Shown piece after piece: positions 56,303-64,000 of a stretch of DNA of 64,000 nt. Location of the stretch: positions 160,001-224,000 of the forward strand of contig JBPOGI010000006.1 of the NCBI GenBank assembly GCA_051251855.1. The letters run 5' to 3'. A model generated the notes under the pieces. That model saw only the letters and a program-made list of their open reading frames with translations, was not told where the DNA came from and ran no database searches. The stretch's first letter is position 1; each line of letters begins with the position of its first letter. The translations under genes and the position numbers were made by a program. This DNA is from Roseibacillus sp. Lineage in GTDB: Bacteria > Verrucomicrobiota > Verrucomicrobiia > Verrucomicrobiales > Akkermansiaceae.

Positions 56303-58756
56303 CTAGTTTTTTGGTAATTCAAGCGACCAGACTTGGTTGGGGGAGTGGGCGTGTTCCCAGGTGTGAATGCCGGCGCTGTCTGAGTAGCTGATTTCTGCGA
56401 CGTCGAGGAGTTTGCCGGTGGCGGTGTTTTCGAGGTGGAACCAGGTGCCGACGATGTGTTTAGGGGCCCACTGTTGGCGGGGGTTGGTGGGGTCGAGGTC
56501 TTGTAGGTTGACGGCGGGGTTTTCGGCGCTGATGACGGTGAGGGCTTGCTCTCCGTTTTTGATGAGGTAGTGGCCGTTTTCGAGTTTTTGGAAGGTCCAG
56601 TGTTGGTTGCGGTTGGAGTGTTCGGCGTATTGCATGACGTCGTTGCCGCGGGCGGTGAGGAGGCGGCCAGAGTGTTTGGCGCGTAGGGTGTATTCCTTTT
56701 GTTCGTGGATTTTTCCGGGTTCGCCTGAGGGGGGAGTGAATTCAGTCCCTTCGGGATAGAACTCGATGGCGATGCCGCCTCCATTGGCGAAGGTGATGGG
56801 GAGAGAGTCGGTGGAGATGACGAGGGATTGTTTGATGGAGAGAGAGTAGGGGTTTTCGCGGAAATCGGATTGGTCGGTATCGTGATAGATGACGGCGTGG
56901 TATTTTTTGTCGTCGGCGAGGAAGTCGAGGGGGAGGTTGAGGTCGCGCGCTTCTTCGTTGTTGATGCCGCCGAGGAACCAGTTGTCGCCATGACGTCGGG
57001 CGGTGATGACGTAGTCGCCAATCTCGGAGGCGAGGACTTGGGTTTCGTCCCATTTGCCGACGGGGATGTTGCGGATGAATTGGGTGGCGGGTTCAGTGTC
57101 GTAGGCTTGATAGAAATCGGCAGCCATGACGAGAGGGCTGTAGAGAACAACCATGAGACCTAATTGCTGGGAGCGGGTGCCGAAGCGTTTGTCTGTGGTG
57201 TAGGCTCCGTCAAACAGGGCGGGGGTGTAGTCCATGGGGCCGCCTAACATACGGGTGAAGGGGAGGGTGCAGGTCTGGCTGGGTGGGTTGCCGATGAAGT
57301 GATTGAACTCGCCGCCGCGTGCGCCTTCGCGAGCGACGAAATTGGGCCAAGTGCGAGAGATGCCGGTGGCTTTAATGGGCTCGTGGGCGCTGATCATGAT
57401 TTTGTGTTCGGCGGCCATCTCGATCACTTTCTGGTGATGGCGAATGGAAAATTGTCCGTGGTGGTGTTCGCGGCCTTTCTCGGTAAGCTCGGGGGTGTAG
57501 AGGGGGATGTCGCCGCTGACGTAGCCGGTCTTGATGCGGTTGATGCCGTATTTTTGATAATACTCGAAGGCGGCGGGGAGTTGCTTTTCGTAGTTGGTGA
57601 GGTTGCCTCCGGTTTCGTGATGGCCGACAAGGGTGACTCCTTTCTCGCGGCCATAGTCAGTGACCTTTTTGATGTCAAAGTCAGGGTAGGTGTCGGTCAT
57701 GCTCATGTCGCCCCAGCCTGGGATGTCGCCTTCCCAACCTTCGTTCCATCCTTCGATGAGGAGGCAAGGGATGTTGTTGCGGACACAGGCGTCGATGTAG
57801 CGAAAGGCACGCTCGGTGGTAGCACCGTGCTTGTCGGCGTCTTTCTCGAGCTCCCAATTCCAGGTGCCAGAGATGCAGCCCCACCAGATGCCCATGAATT
57901 TGGCGGGTTCGATCCAGCTGGTATCCTCAATTTCGCAGGGGTCGTTGAGATTGAGGATGAGGGAAGACTCGATGAGGTCACCGGGGGTTTCTCCGATTTG
58001 AATGGTGCGCCAAGGAGAGAAGTGAGGAGTCTGGGCTTTGACTTTGATATCGGATTCGAACCAGGGAACGAGGTCGGCTTGGAGTGAGAATTCGGCGGCA
58101 CCTTCGGCACGCTTGAGCTTCATGCCTGCCCAGTCAGTGAGGTCGGCTTCGTGGAAAGAAAGGTAAGTTCCTTCTTCGGTGCGCATGGTGACAGGAGTGG
58201 AGGCTCCACGTTCCGCGCAGTCAGTGAGCGGGCTCTCGCTATAGTCACGTTCGTAAGTGTCGGGCAGGGCTTCGACCCACCAGGTTTTGTGGTTCCCCGC
58301 GAGATTGAAAGTGGTGAGTTCGTCGGTGATTTGGAATTCGTTGAGCTTGGGCTGCTTGGGAAATTGGTAGCGAAAGGCGATGCCATCGTCGTAGGCACGG
58401 AAAGTGAGATTGAGTCGGCGAAAGGGCTCTTCGGTTTCGCGAAGGAGGAGTTGGAGTTGGTTGGCGTGGTTGCGGATGTTGGCGTGCTGGCCCCAGACGG
58501 GTTGCCAAGTTTCGTCGATGGTGGTGGAACTGGATTCGAGGATTTCGAAGGGGCCGTCGAGCGCGGGGGCATCCTTGAGGATGAAGCCGAGACGAGAGGG
58601 AGTGATGAGAGTTTGGTCTCCTTTTTTGACTTGGTATTGGAGTTTCTTGGTGCCCGAGTCGAGTTCGATCACAATGGAATTATCAGGGGACTGCAGGGTT
58701 TCTTTTTGGCCAAAAAGTGAGAAGGAAAGAGAGAGAAGGAGAGTTATGACTTTCAT
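56303..58756 (-). CDS. Secreted GH97 glycoside hydrolase (SusB-like) with C-terminal ricin-type lectin domain
   Basis: FRAYDDGIAFRY, SPWRTIQI, LILNLN.P, LIEGWNEGW, HHETGG, IKTGYV, REGARGGE, PFTRMLGGPMDYTP; NQHW/QQW/NQVW ricin repeats. Confidence 0.92.
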   Translation of the reverse strand: MKVITLLLSLSFSLFGQKETLQSPDNSIVIELDSGTKKLQYQVKKGDQTLITPSRLGFILKDAPALDGPFEILESSSTTIDETWQPVWGQHANIRNHANQLQLLLRETEEPFRRLNLTFRAYDDGIAFRYQFPKQPKLNEFQITDELTTFNLAGNHKTWWVEALPDTYERDYSESPLTDCAERGASTPVTMRTEEGTYLSFHEADLTDWAGMKLKRAEGAAEFSLQADLVPWFESDIKVKAQTPHFSPWRTIQIGETPGDLIESSLILNLNDPCEIEDTSWIEPAKFMGIWWGCISGTWNWELEKDADKHGATTERAFRYIDACVRNNIPCLLIEGWNEGWEGDIPGWGDMSMTDTYPDFDIKKVTDYGREKGVTLVGHHETGGNLTNYEKQLPAAFEYYQKYGINRIKTGYVSGDIPLYTPELTEKGREHHHGQFSIRHHQKVIEMAAEHKIMISAHEPIKATGISRTWPNFVAREGARGGEFNHFIGNPPSQTCTLPFTRMLGGPMDYTPALFDGAYTTDKRFGTRSQQLGLMVVLYSPLVMAADFYQAYDTEPATQFIRNIPVGKWDETQVLASEIGDYVITARRHGDNWFLGGINNEEARDLNLPLDFLADDKKYHAVIYHDTDQSDFRENPYSLSIKQSLVISTDSLPITFANGGGIAIEFYPEGTEFTPPSGEPGKIHEQKEYTLRAKHSGRLLTARGNDVMQYAEHSNRNQHWTFQKLENGHYLIKNGEQALTVISAENPAVNLQDLDPTNPRQQWAPKHIVGTWFHLENTATGKLLDVAEISYSDSAGIHTWEHAHSPNQVWSLELPKN

Positions 58757-58827
58757 CGCAAAGAGGTTCGTGAACTTGAGCTACAACTAAAGGTAGTTTT
58801 GAGGAATTTGGTTTATGGGAGAAATAG

Positions 58828-58856
58828 AAAAAGCGGACCCTTTCGGATCCGCTTTT
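58828..58856 (-). terminator. Intrinsic terminator after the PEP-CTERM gene
   Basis: Minus strand AAAAGCGGATCC-GAAA-GGGTCCGCTTTTT. Confidence 0.8.
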
Positions 58857-58903
58857 GAAAGTATTGGAGCTGACTCTTTCTAGAGAAGAAAGAGCCGTTC
58901 TCA

Positions 58904-59503
58904 CTAGGCACGTCGGCGGCGAAGGAGAGATAGGAGCCCTAGGCCGCCAAGAAGAGCGGCAGAGGGTTCGGGAATGACGGTGAAGTCAGCAGTGAAGGGA
59001 CCGAAGGGGTGTATTCCATCCGATGAGCCAGCTTCGTAACGAACAGTCAGGGTGTGGTCACCATTGGCAAGACCGGCGAGTAAGTCAGCAGTGCTGCCTT
59101 CGCTATACCAGCGTTGGTCGCCTGCGCTGCCATTGACGTTGTCTTCATTGAAAAGGAGTCCGACCGAAGTTTCGGTGCCGCCGTTAACGGAGTAAAAAAT
59201 GGTTGTTCCGAAGATGTCGCTCAGCCCATTCTTATAGGTGAGAAGGCCACCCCCGCCGATTGTGAGACTATCACCACTAGCAGGGTCGAAGTCGCCAAGG
59301 TCAAGCCCGCCAAGTCCAACTGAGTTTTGGGCTGGGCTTAGGCCTGCGGGTTCGTGACGTGAATCTCCTAGGAGATTCGTTTGATAGAGTGTTAACGTAC
59401 CGTTGTTGGTGAGCACTGTGCCTGTTCCGAAAATCCCCGAGGCGGAGAATGCGAAGGAACTCGAAAGTAGAAGAGCACTTAAAGTGAGTGGTTGTAGTTT
59501 CAT
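58904..59503 (-). CDS. PEP-CTERM sorting domain protein
   Basis: Signal peptide; C-terminal VIPEPSAALLGGLGLLSLLRRRRA. Confidence 0.93.
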   Translation of the reverse strand: MKLQPLTLSALLLSSSFAFSASGIFGTGTVLTNNGTLTLYQTNLLGDSRHEPAGLSPAQNSVGLGGLDLGDFDPASGDSLTIGGGGLLTYKNGLSDIFGTTIFYSVNGGTETSVGLLFNEDNVNGSAGDQRWYSEGSTADLLAGLANGDHTLTVRYEAGSSDGIHPFGPFTADFTVIPEPSAALLGGLGLLSLLRRRRA

Positions 59504-59535
59504 AGGTGTTTTGTCGTTTTTTTTGGGGGAGAATG

Positions 59536-62500
59536 TTATTGGGCTACTCCTGCGGCAATGCGATAGAAGCCTTTGCTTCCGGAAACGGTGACCAAAATGT
59601 TTTCTGTTACCCCACCGGCATTGAAGGTTGAGCCTGCAACGTCGGTAAAGGCAGTAGCGAGGTCTGGTGAGAACTCGACATGATAGTCGTTACCCGAAAT
59701 CAAATTTCCTGCGGTCAAAGTAAGATTGGAGCCTGAGAGCGAGCAGTCAATAATGGAAATACCGGAATTTTGTGTGGGAACGTTAATAGTAAAGCACTGG
59801 TCGTCAGAGATTGCTGAGAGATCGATGACATCGGTTTGGGAGAGGTTGGGTGTTCCGACTCCGACTCCGTTGAGGTCCTCGGGCAATGAACCGAGGAATT
59901 GATTAGAGGTGAAGGTGAGGTTGGAATTGGTCACAAAGGCCATAGCCTTGATGTTGCCGCCTGAGGGGGACCCAATATCAGCAAGGTCGATGCAAACTTC
60001 GAAGCCCGCGCGAACGGCTTGCGCGGCGACGGGATCAGCCGCACCCGTGCCTCCGGTGATGCCTGCTTGATTCAGATTGAAGTAGCCCACTCCAATGGGA
60101 TTGGGGGTCAGGGCGCCGCTATTGGGTGTTCCAGTATCGGCGAATCCTTCTTGGCTGCCCCCAAAGATGTCGTTGAAGGAAGCAAACTGGCCCGTTGCGA
60201 GGTTGGAGATATCCATGTCGAGCTGATTGGTAGATCCGAATCCACGACGAACAATGAGGTGGTAGTCGGGTGCAAAGCCGGTATCGAAGGTGAGACCGTT
60301 CATGACGCCCGAGCCATCGTTACCAGCAGCGGTGAGAACGTTGGTGCTCACGGCTGAAGTTGAGTCGATGAAGATGTTCAACTTGTTGAAGTTTCCTTCG
60401 ATATTTCCGGTGAGCATCAAGAAGAGTTTCCCATTTTGAACGCCCGCATAGGCCGCATTGAGCTCGGAGAAATTATCGCCAAACTCAGTTTGGATGCCTT
60501 GCACGGAAATGGCGGGACCGTAGAGGTCTTCGCGGTAGCCGTTGCAAAGAAGAGTGGTAGAGGTGGCGGGGGTCGATGCGATATCGGTTGGATCGCTTCC
60601 GAGGCTGACTTCAAAACCATCGTCCAGTCCGTCGAGGTCGGTATCGACCACCAGGGGATCGGTGCCGGTATTGTTGCCGTCGACGAAGTTGTTGTCGTTG
60701 GTCTCCCAATCATCGTTCAAGCCATCGCCATCTGTATCGAGGAGGCAAGGGTTGGTGCCGTTGGCGACTTCGATATTGTCGTCGAGGGTGTCGCCATCAG
60801 TGTCTTCGGCGAGGGGGTTGGTGCCGAGGGTTTGCTCGGTGCCATTGTCCAAGGTGTCGGTATCGTCGTTAGCGGTCGATGAGGTGAGGGTCGTCAGGTC
60901 GCCAGCGAAGGTTTGTTCGAAGGTGTCGCGGAGGCCGTCCCCATCGCTGTCGGTGGGTGTGGTGGTGTCGAGTGCTCCCCAGGTGGTCGTGATGACGAGG
61001 TTATCCCACTCAATCGCTCCCGAGCCACCTGAGATAAAGCGGATGGCTGAAGGGGTGAGGTTGGCGGGGTTGTTCGGAATGAGGTCGGCGTCGCCGAAGG
61101 CGGGCTCGGCCAAAGTGAGGTCAGGGTCGATGAACAACTTTGCAGTAGCGGATCCACTATCTTCGCCAATAGCGCCGACCAAGGTATAGGTTTGGCCGTC
61201 GATAGGTGCTTGAACAGTATCGTTCACTCCGCCGGGCTCTTCGATGCCGAGCATTTGGTCGAGACCAGAGACACCGAAGAACATTTGCTCGGCTCCATTC
61301 CGGAAGAAGCTGAGGCCCGCGTAGGTGACGCCAGTTTGATAGGTCATGTCGACGCGGAAGTAGATTTTCTTGTTAGAGGCATCGGCGAGGTCGCCGAACT
61401 GGCTAATCGCTTCGCCACCTGCGATGGGGCCTGCGAGGGAGCGGTAGGCAGTGGAATTGTTCTCGGTGATGAGTTTCCCGCAAACGACTTGTGAGTTTCC
61501 GAACCATGCGCTTTGGTCGTTCAAGTGTCCGATAAAGGCGTCGTTGGTGGTAGAGTTATCATAGTCGAAAAACTCTCCTCCAGCGGCGTTGTCGAGGGTC
61601 CCGAGAGGGTAGTCGAAATAATCGATCCCCACGACATCAGCATTGGCTGTGGAGGGACTGCTAGCAGCCGAGCTGGGGTCGGTGCCGGCGGCGACTTCGG
61701 AAAGATCGTTTGCGCCGTCGCTATCGGTGTCGGGCTTATTTGGGTCGCTGCCAGTATTGTCCGCATCGACGAAGACGAGCGTGCCGGTTTCCACTCCGTC
61801 GCTGAGACCGTCACCATCGGAATCTGGGTTGAGAGGATCGGTTCCGGTATTGGTGGCATCGACGAAAGTTCCTACTGAAGTTCCGTTTCCAGTTTCGTTG
61901 CCATCAAAGATACCGTCGTCGTCGGAATCGGCGTCTTGGGGGTTGGTGCCCCGAGCATATTCTTGGGCGTTGCTAGAGCCATCGAAGTCGGGGTCGCCGA
62001 GTGCGCCATAGGGACCGTCCTTCACACCAGGGGAGCTTTCCCCGATGGTGCCGGGATCGATTTCATCGAGCATGTTGGCAATTTCCCAATCATCGGGGAG
62101 ACCATCACCGTCGGTGTCGGTGCCGTCAAGGACAGTGGTGACATCGGACCAAGTGGTTCCAAAGCGGATTTCGTCGAGGATAAAGCCGTTGCCGGTCGTT
62201 CCTCCACCGCCGTCGGGGGTTCCATTGTTGAAGCGAGCGACCGACACGCGGTCGATCTGGAGATCGAATCCGCTCAAAGTGGCGTCAGCGGTGCCGGAAG
62301 CCGACTCACTCCCCAAGCTACTGGGATTGCGCCAAATGGAGATGGCGTCAGCGCCTCCGGTGGTACTGAAGGTGATTTTGCCCACGAAGAGATTGACGTT
62401 GAGGTCGGGGGCTCCGAGGTCGGCTGAGAAATTGGCGGTATCTTCAAGAAGGCGAAGCCCGAAATTGGCGTCGTTGGCAGCGGTGCCCGGCTCACCCGTC

Positions 62501-62988
62501 ACGATTTGGAGCCTTCGATTGCCGGCATCGTCGAAGCCGCCGTTGTGCATCTCCAGGCCGCGATAGTTTTCAGGAGAGTCGATGGAGTCGAGTTGAATGA
62601 GGACCGCGAAGTAGACGGTGCCATCGGTGGCATCGGTGAATGGGTTGGCGAGAATTCTCCCTGCGCGACCGAAACCGTTTTGAAAGTATTCAATGGCTCC
62701 GCCCGCTGTCACCATCGTGTCAACACCGTCGGTATAGGTGAGTCCTGTAGCGGAGACATCGGGTGATTGAGCGCCTCCGTAGGCCTCCATCCAATTGCCG
62801 GTGAAGCCTGTTCGAGCTGGGCCTTGACTGACAAGGTTGTTGAATCCGCTGGTATAGTCCGGTGTTCCCCCTGTTTCGAAAGAGTCTTCGGCAGTCACGG
62901 CGGCGGAAAGACTGCCGAGCGAGCTCATCAGGGAGAGTGGGACGAGTCCTTGGAGGACCCGATTTTTGGAGAGGAGGATTTTTTTCAT
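59536..62988 (-). CDS. Large secreted protein with Asp-rich DxDxDG calcium-binding (TSP3-like) repeats
   Basis: Signal peptide; eight or more D(T/S)DxDG/xL.D..E...GT(D/N)P repeats; two beta-sandwich-like units ending DEIRFGTTW and DNLVITTTW; C-terminal GFYRI. Confidence 0.8.
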   Translation of the reverse strand: MKKILLSKNRVLQGLVPLSLMSSLGSLSAAVTAEDSFETGGTPDYTSGFNNLVSQGPARTGFTGNWMEAYGGAQSPDVSATGLTYTDGVDTMVTAGGAIEYFQNGFGRAGRILANPFTDATDGTVYFAVLIQLDSIDSPENYRGLEMHNGGFDDAGNRRLQIVTGEPGTAANDANFGLRLLEDTANFSADLGAPDLNVNLFVGKITFSTTGGADAISIWRNPSSLGSESASGTADATLSGFDLQIDRVSVARFNNGTPDGGGGTTGNGFILDEIRFGTTWSDVTTVLDGTDTDGDGLPDDWEIANMLDEIDPGTIGESSPGVKDGPYGALGDPDFDGSSNAQEYARGTNPQDADSDDDGIFDGNETGNGTSVGTFVDATNTGTDPLNPDSDGDGLSDGVETGTLVFVDADNTGSDPNKPDTDSDGANDLSEVAAGTDPSSAASSPSTANADVVGIDYFDYPLGTLDNAAGGEFFDYDNSTTNDAFIGHLNDQSAWFGNSQVVCGKLITENNSTAYRSLAGPIAGGEAISQFGDLADASNKKIYFRVDMTYQTGVTYAGLSFFRNGAEQMFFGVSGLDQMLGIEEPGGVNDTVQAPIDGQTYTLVGAIGEDSGSATAKLFIDPDLTLAEPAFGDADLIPNNPANLTPSAIRFISGGSGAIEWDNLVITTTWGALDTTTPTDSDGDGLRDTFEQTFAGDLTTLTSSTANDDTDTLDNGTEQTLGTNPLAEDTDGDTLDDNIEVANGTNPCLLDTDGDGLNDDWETNDNNFVDGNNTGTDPLVVDTDLDGLDDGFEVSLGSDPTDIASTPATSTTLLCNGYREDLYGPAISVQGIQTEFGDNFSELNAAYAGVQNGKLFLMLTGNIEGNFNKLNIFIDSTSAVSTNVLTAAGNDGSGVMNGLTFDTGFAPDYHLIVRRGFGSTNQLDMDISNLATGQFASFNDIFGGSQEGFADTGTPNSGALTPNPIGVGYFNLNQAGITGGTGAADPVAAQAVRAGFEVCIDLADIGSPSGGNIKAMAFVTNSNLTFTSNQFLGSLPEDLNGVGVGTPNLSQTDVIDLSAISDDQCFTINVPTQNSGISIIDCSLSGSNLTLTAGNLISGNDYHVEFSPDLATAFTDVAGSTFNAGGVTENILVTVSGSKGFYRIAAGVAQ

Positions 62989-63232
62989 GGTTTTGTATCA
63001 GAGTCGAAGGGGCAGCAGACTGCCTTGTAGACGGAAATCAGCTTTCCAACGAGAGAATGATATTTCGATAGCCGAGGTTTACGCTGAGGTTGTTTTTTTT
63101 GCTTCGGATTTTGGAACCATTAGGGTGAGGGTGATTTCTTGGTGTTCTGTGCTGAGGAGGCGTTCTTGGTATTCATCATTTTGATTGAAATGAGGTTTGT
63201 TTTTCGGCTCAGATCGGTCCTTGCTTTCTCTC

Positions 63233-64000
63233 GTGTCACGGTGGTTGGTAGCGTTTGTTTTTTGGCTTTGGAGTCTCGCATGGGTTTCCGGACATGTCGT
63301 GGAGCAGTTGTATTCCGAGTGGCAAAATACGAATAACGGCTGGCAGCTTGAGATTCAGTTTGATGCGGGATATGCGGAGCCAGAAACTCGGGATGATCCG
63401 TTTCAACCCGCGATTCCACGCAAGTGGCTGGTGGCGCAGACGGAGGAGGTATGGGCAGAGCTGCGGGAGGAGGCGGAGAGTTACCTTAAGAGAATGTTGG
63501 TGCTGGAAGCCAATGGTCGTGAGTTAGATTGGGAAATCGGTTTTCCTGATTGGGAAACGAGTCCGCCAGATTTTCCCAAGTTACTCAATGGCATAGCCTA
63601 CTTTCGGGTAGTGGTCGAAGGAACGGAGCCAGGCCGAATTGCGGTGGGGGTGAGGGAAGGGAGTTTCCCCAAGTTGATTGTGGAGAAGGAGGGTGACTTT
63701 CTGGTGTTAGCGGCAGGGGAGACCAAGGAGTTGCGCGAAGGGGGACGTTGGTGGGTGTGGTTGCGGGAAGGCTACCGACATGTAGTGCCGCTGGGTTGGG
63801 ATCATGTGCTCTTTGTGTTTGGCCTCTTCTTCTATCGCCGCAAGTTTTTGGAGCTTCTTCATCAGTCGCTTGCCTTCACGGTGGCGCATTCGTTGACCCT
63901 GGGGTTGGCGGCAGCGGGATGGGTGGTTTTGCCCGAGAGTTGGAGTGGCCCGCTTGAGATTTTGATCGCGCTGAGTTTGGTGATGGTGGGGTTAGAGAAT
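63233..64000 (+). CDS. HupE/UreJ family membrane protein (runs off the window end; absent from the ORF track)
   Basis: GTG 63233 MSRWLVAFVFWLWSLAWVSG|HVVEQLY; later GYRHVVPLGWDHVLFVFGL..SLAFTVAHSLTL..EILIALS...EN. Confidence 0.85.
   Translation, partial: MSRWLVAFVFWLWSLAWVSGHVVEQLYSEWQNTNNGWQLEIQFDAGYAEPETRDDPFQPAIPRKWLVAQTEEVWAELREEAESYLKRMLVLEANGRELDWEIGFPDWETSPPDFPKLLNGIAYFRVVVEGTEPGRIAVGVREGSFPKLIVEKEGDFLVLAAGETKELREGGRWWVWLREGYRHVVPLGWDHVLFVFGLFFYRRKFLELLHQSLAFTVAHSLTLGLAAAGWVVLPESWSGPLEILIALSLVMVGLEN

Overview
64-kb gene-dense chromosomal segment, most likely from a Verrucomicrobiota bacterium (inferred from the PEP-CTERM protein, PSD1/DUF1553-DUF1501 pair, CotH-lamin-tail protein and HupE/UreJ protein). 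It holds housekeeping genes (trxA, trxB, trpA, deoD, alaS, tilS, prlC, efp, thiL, yicC), a pilB/pilB/pilC/pilin cluster, an ECF sigma/anti-sigma pair, a GH97 locus and several large secreted proteins. I saw no rRNA, tRNA, CRISPR array, integrase or transposase. The best hidden signal is a gene split by the ORF track at 49613-50278: signal peptide, thioredoxin-like fold with an in-frame TGA in a U-x-x-C motif, a SECIS-like hairpin and an SHD1-like domain, i.e. a probable exported selenoprotein. Other notable signals are a ~175-nt rod-like structured element upstream of the ECF sigma gene, ~9-nt-period repeat clusters flanking trxB, a C-terminal domain shared by three secreted proteins, leaderless promoters, a VWA-less YfbK-like anti-sigma factor and a pilin paralog with no prepilin cleavage site. 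All family calls come from motif recognition by eye, not database searches.
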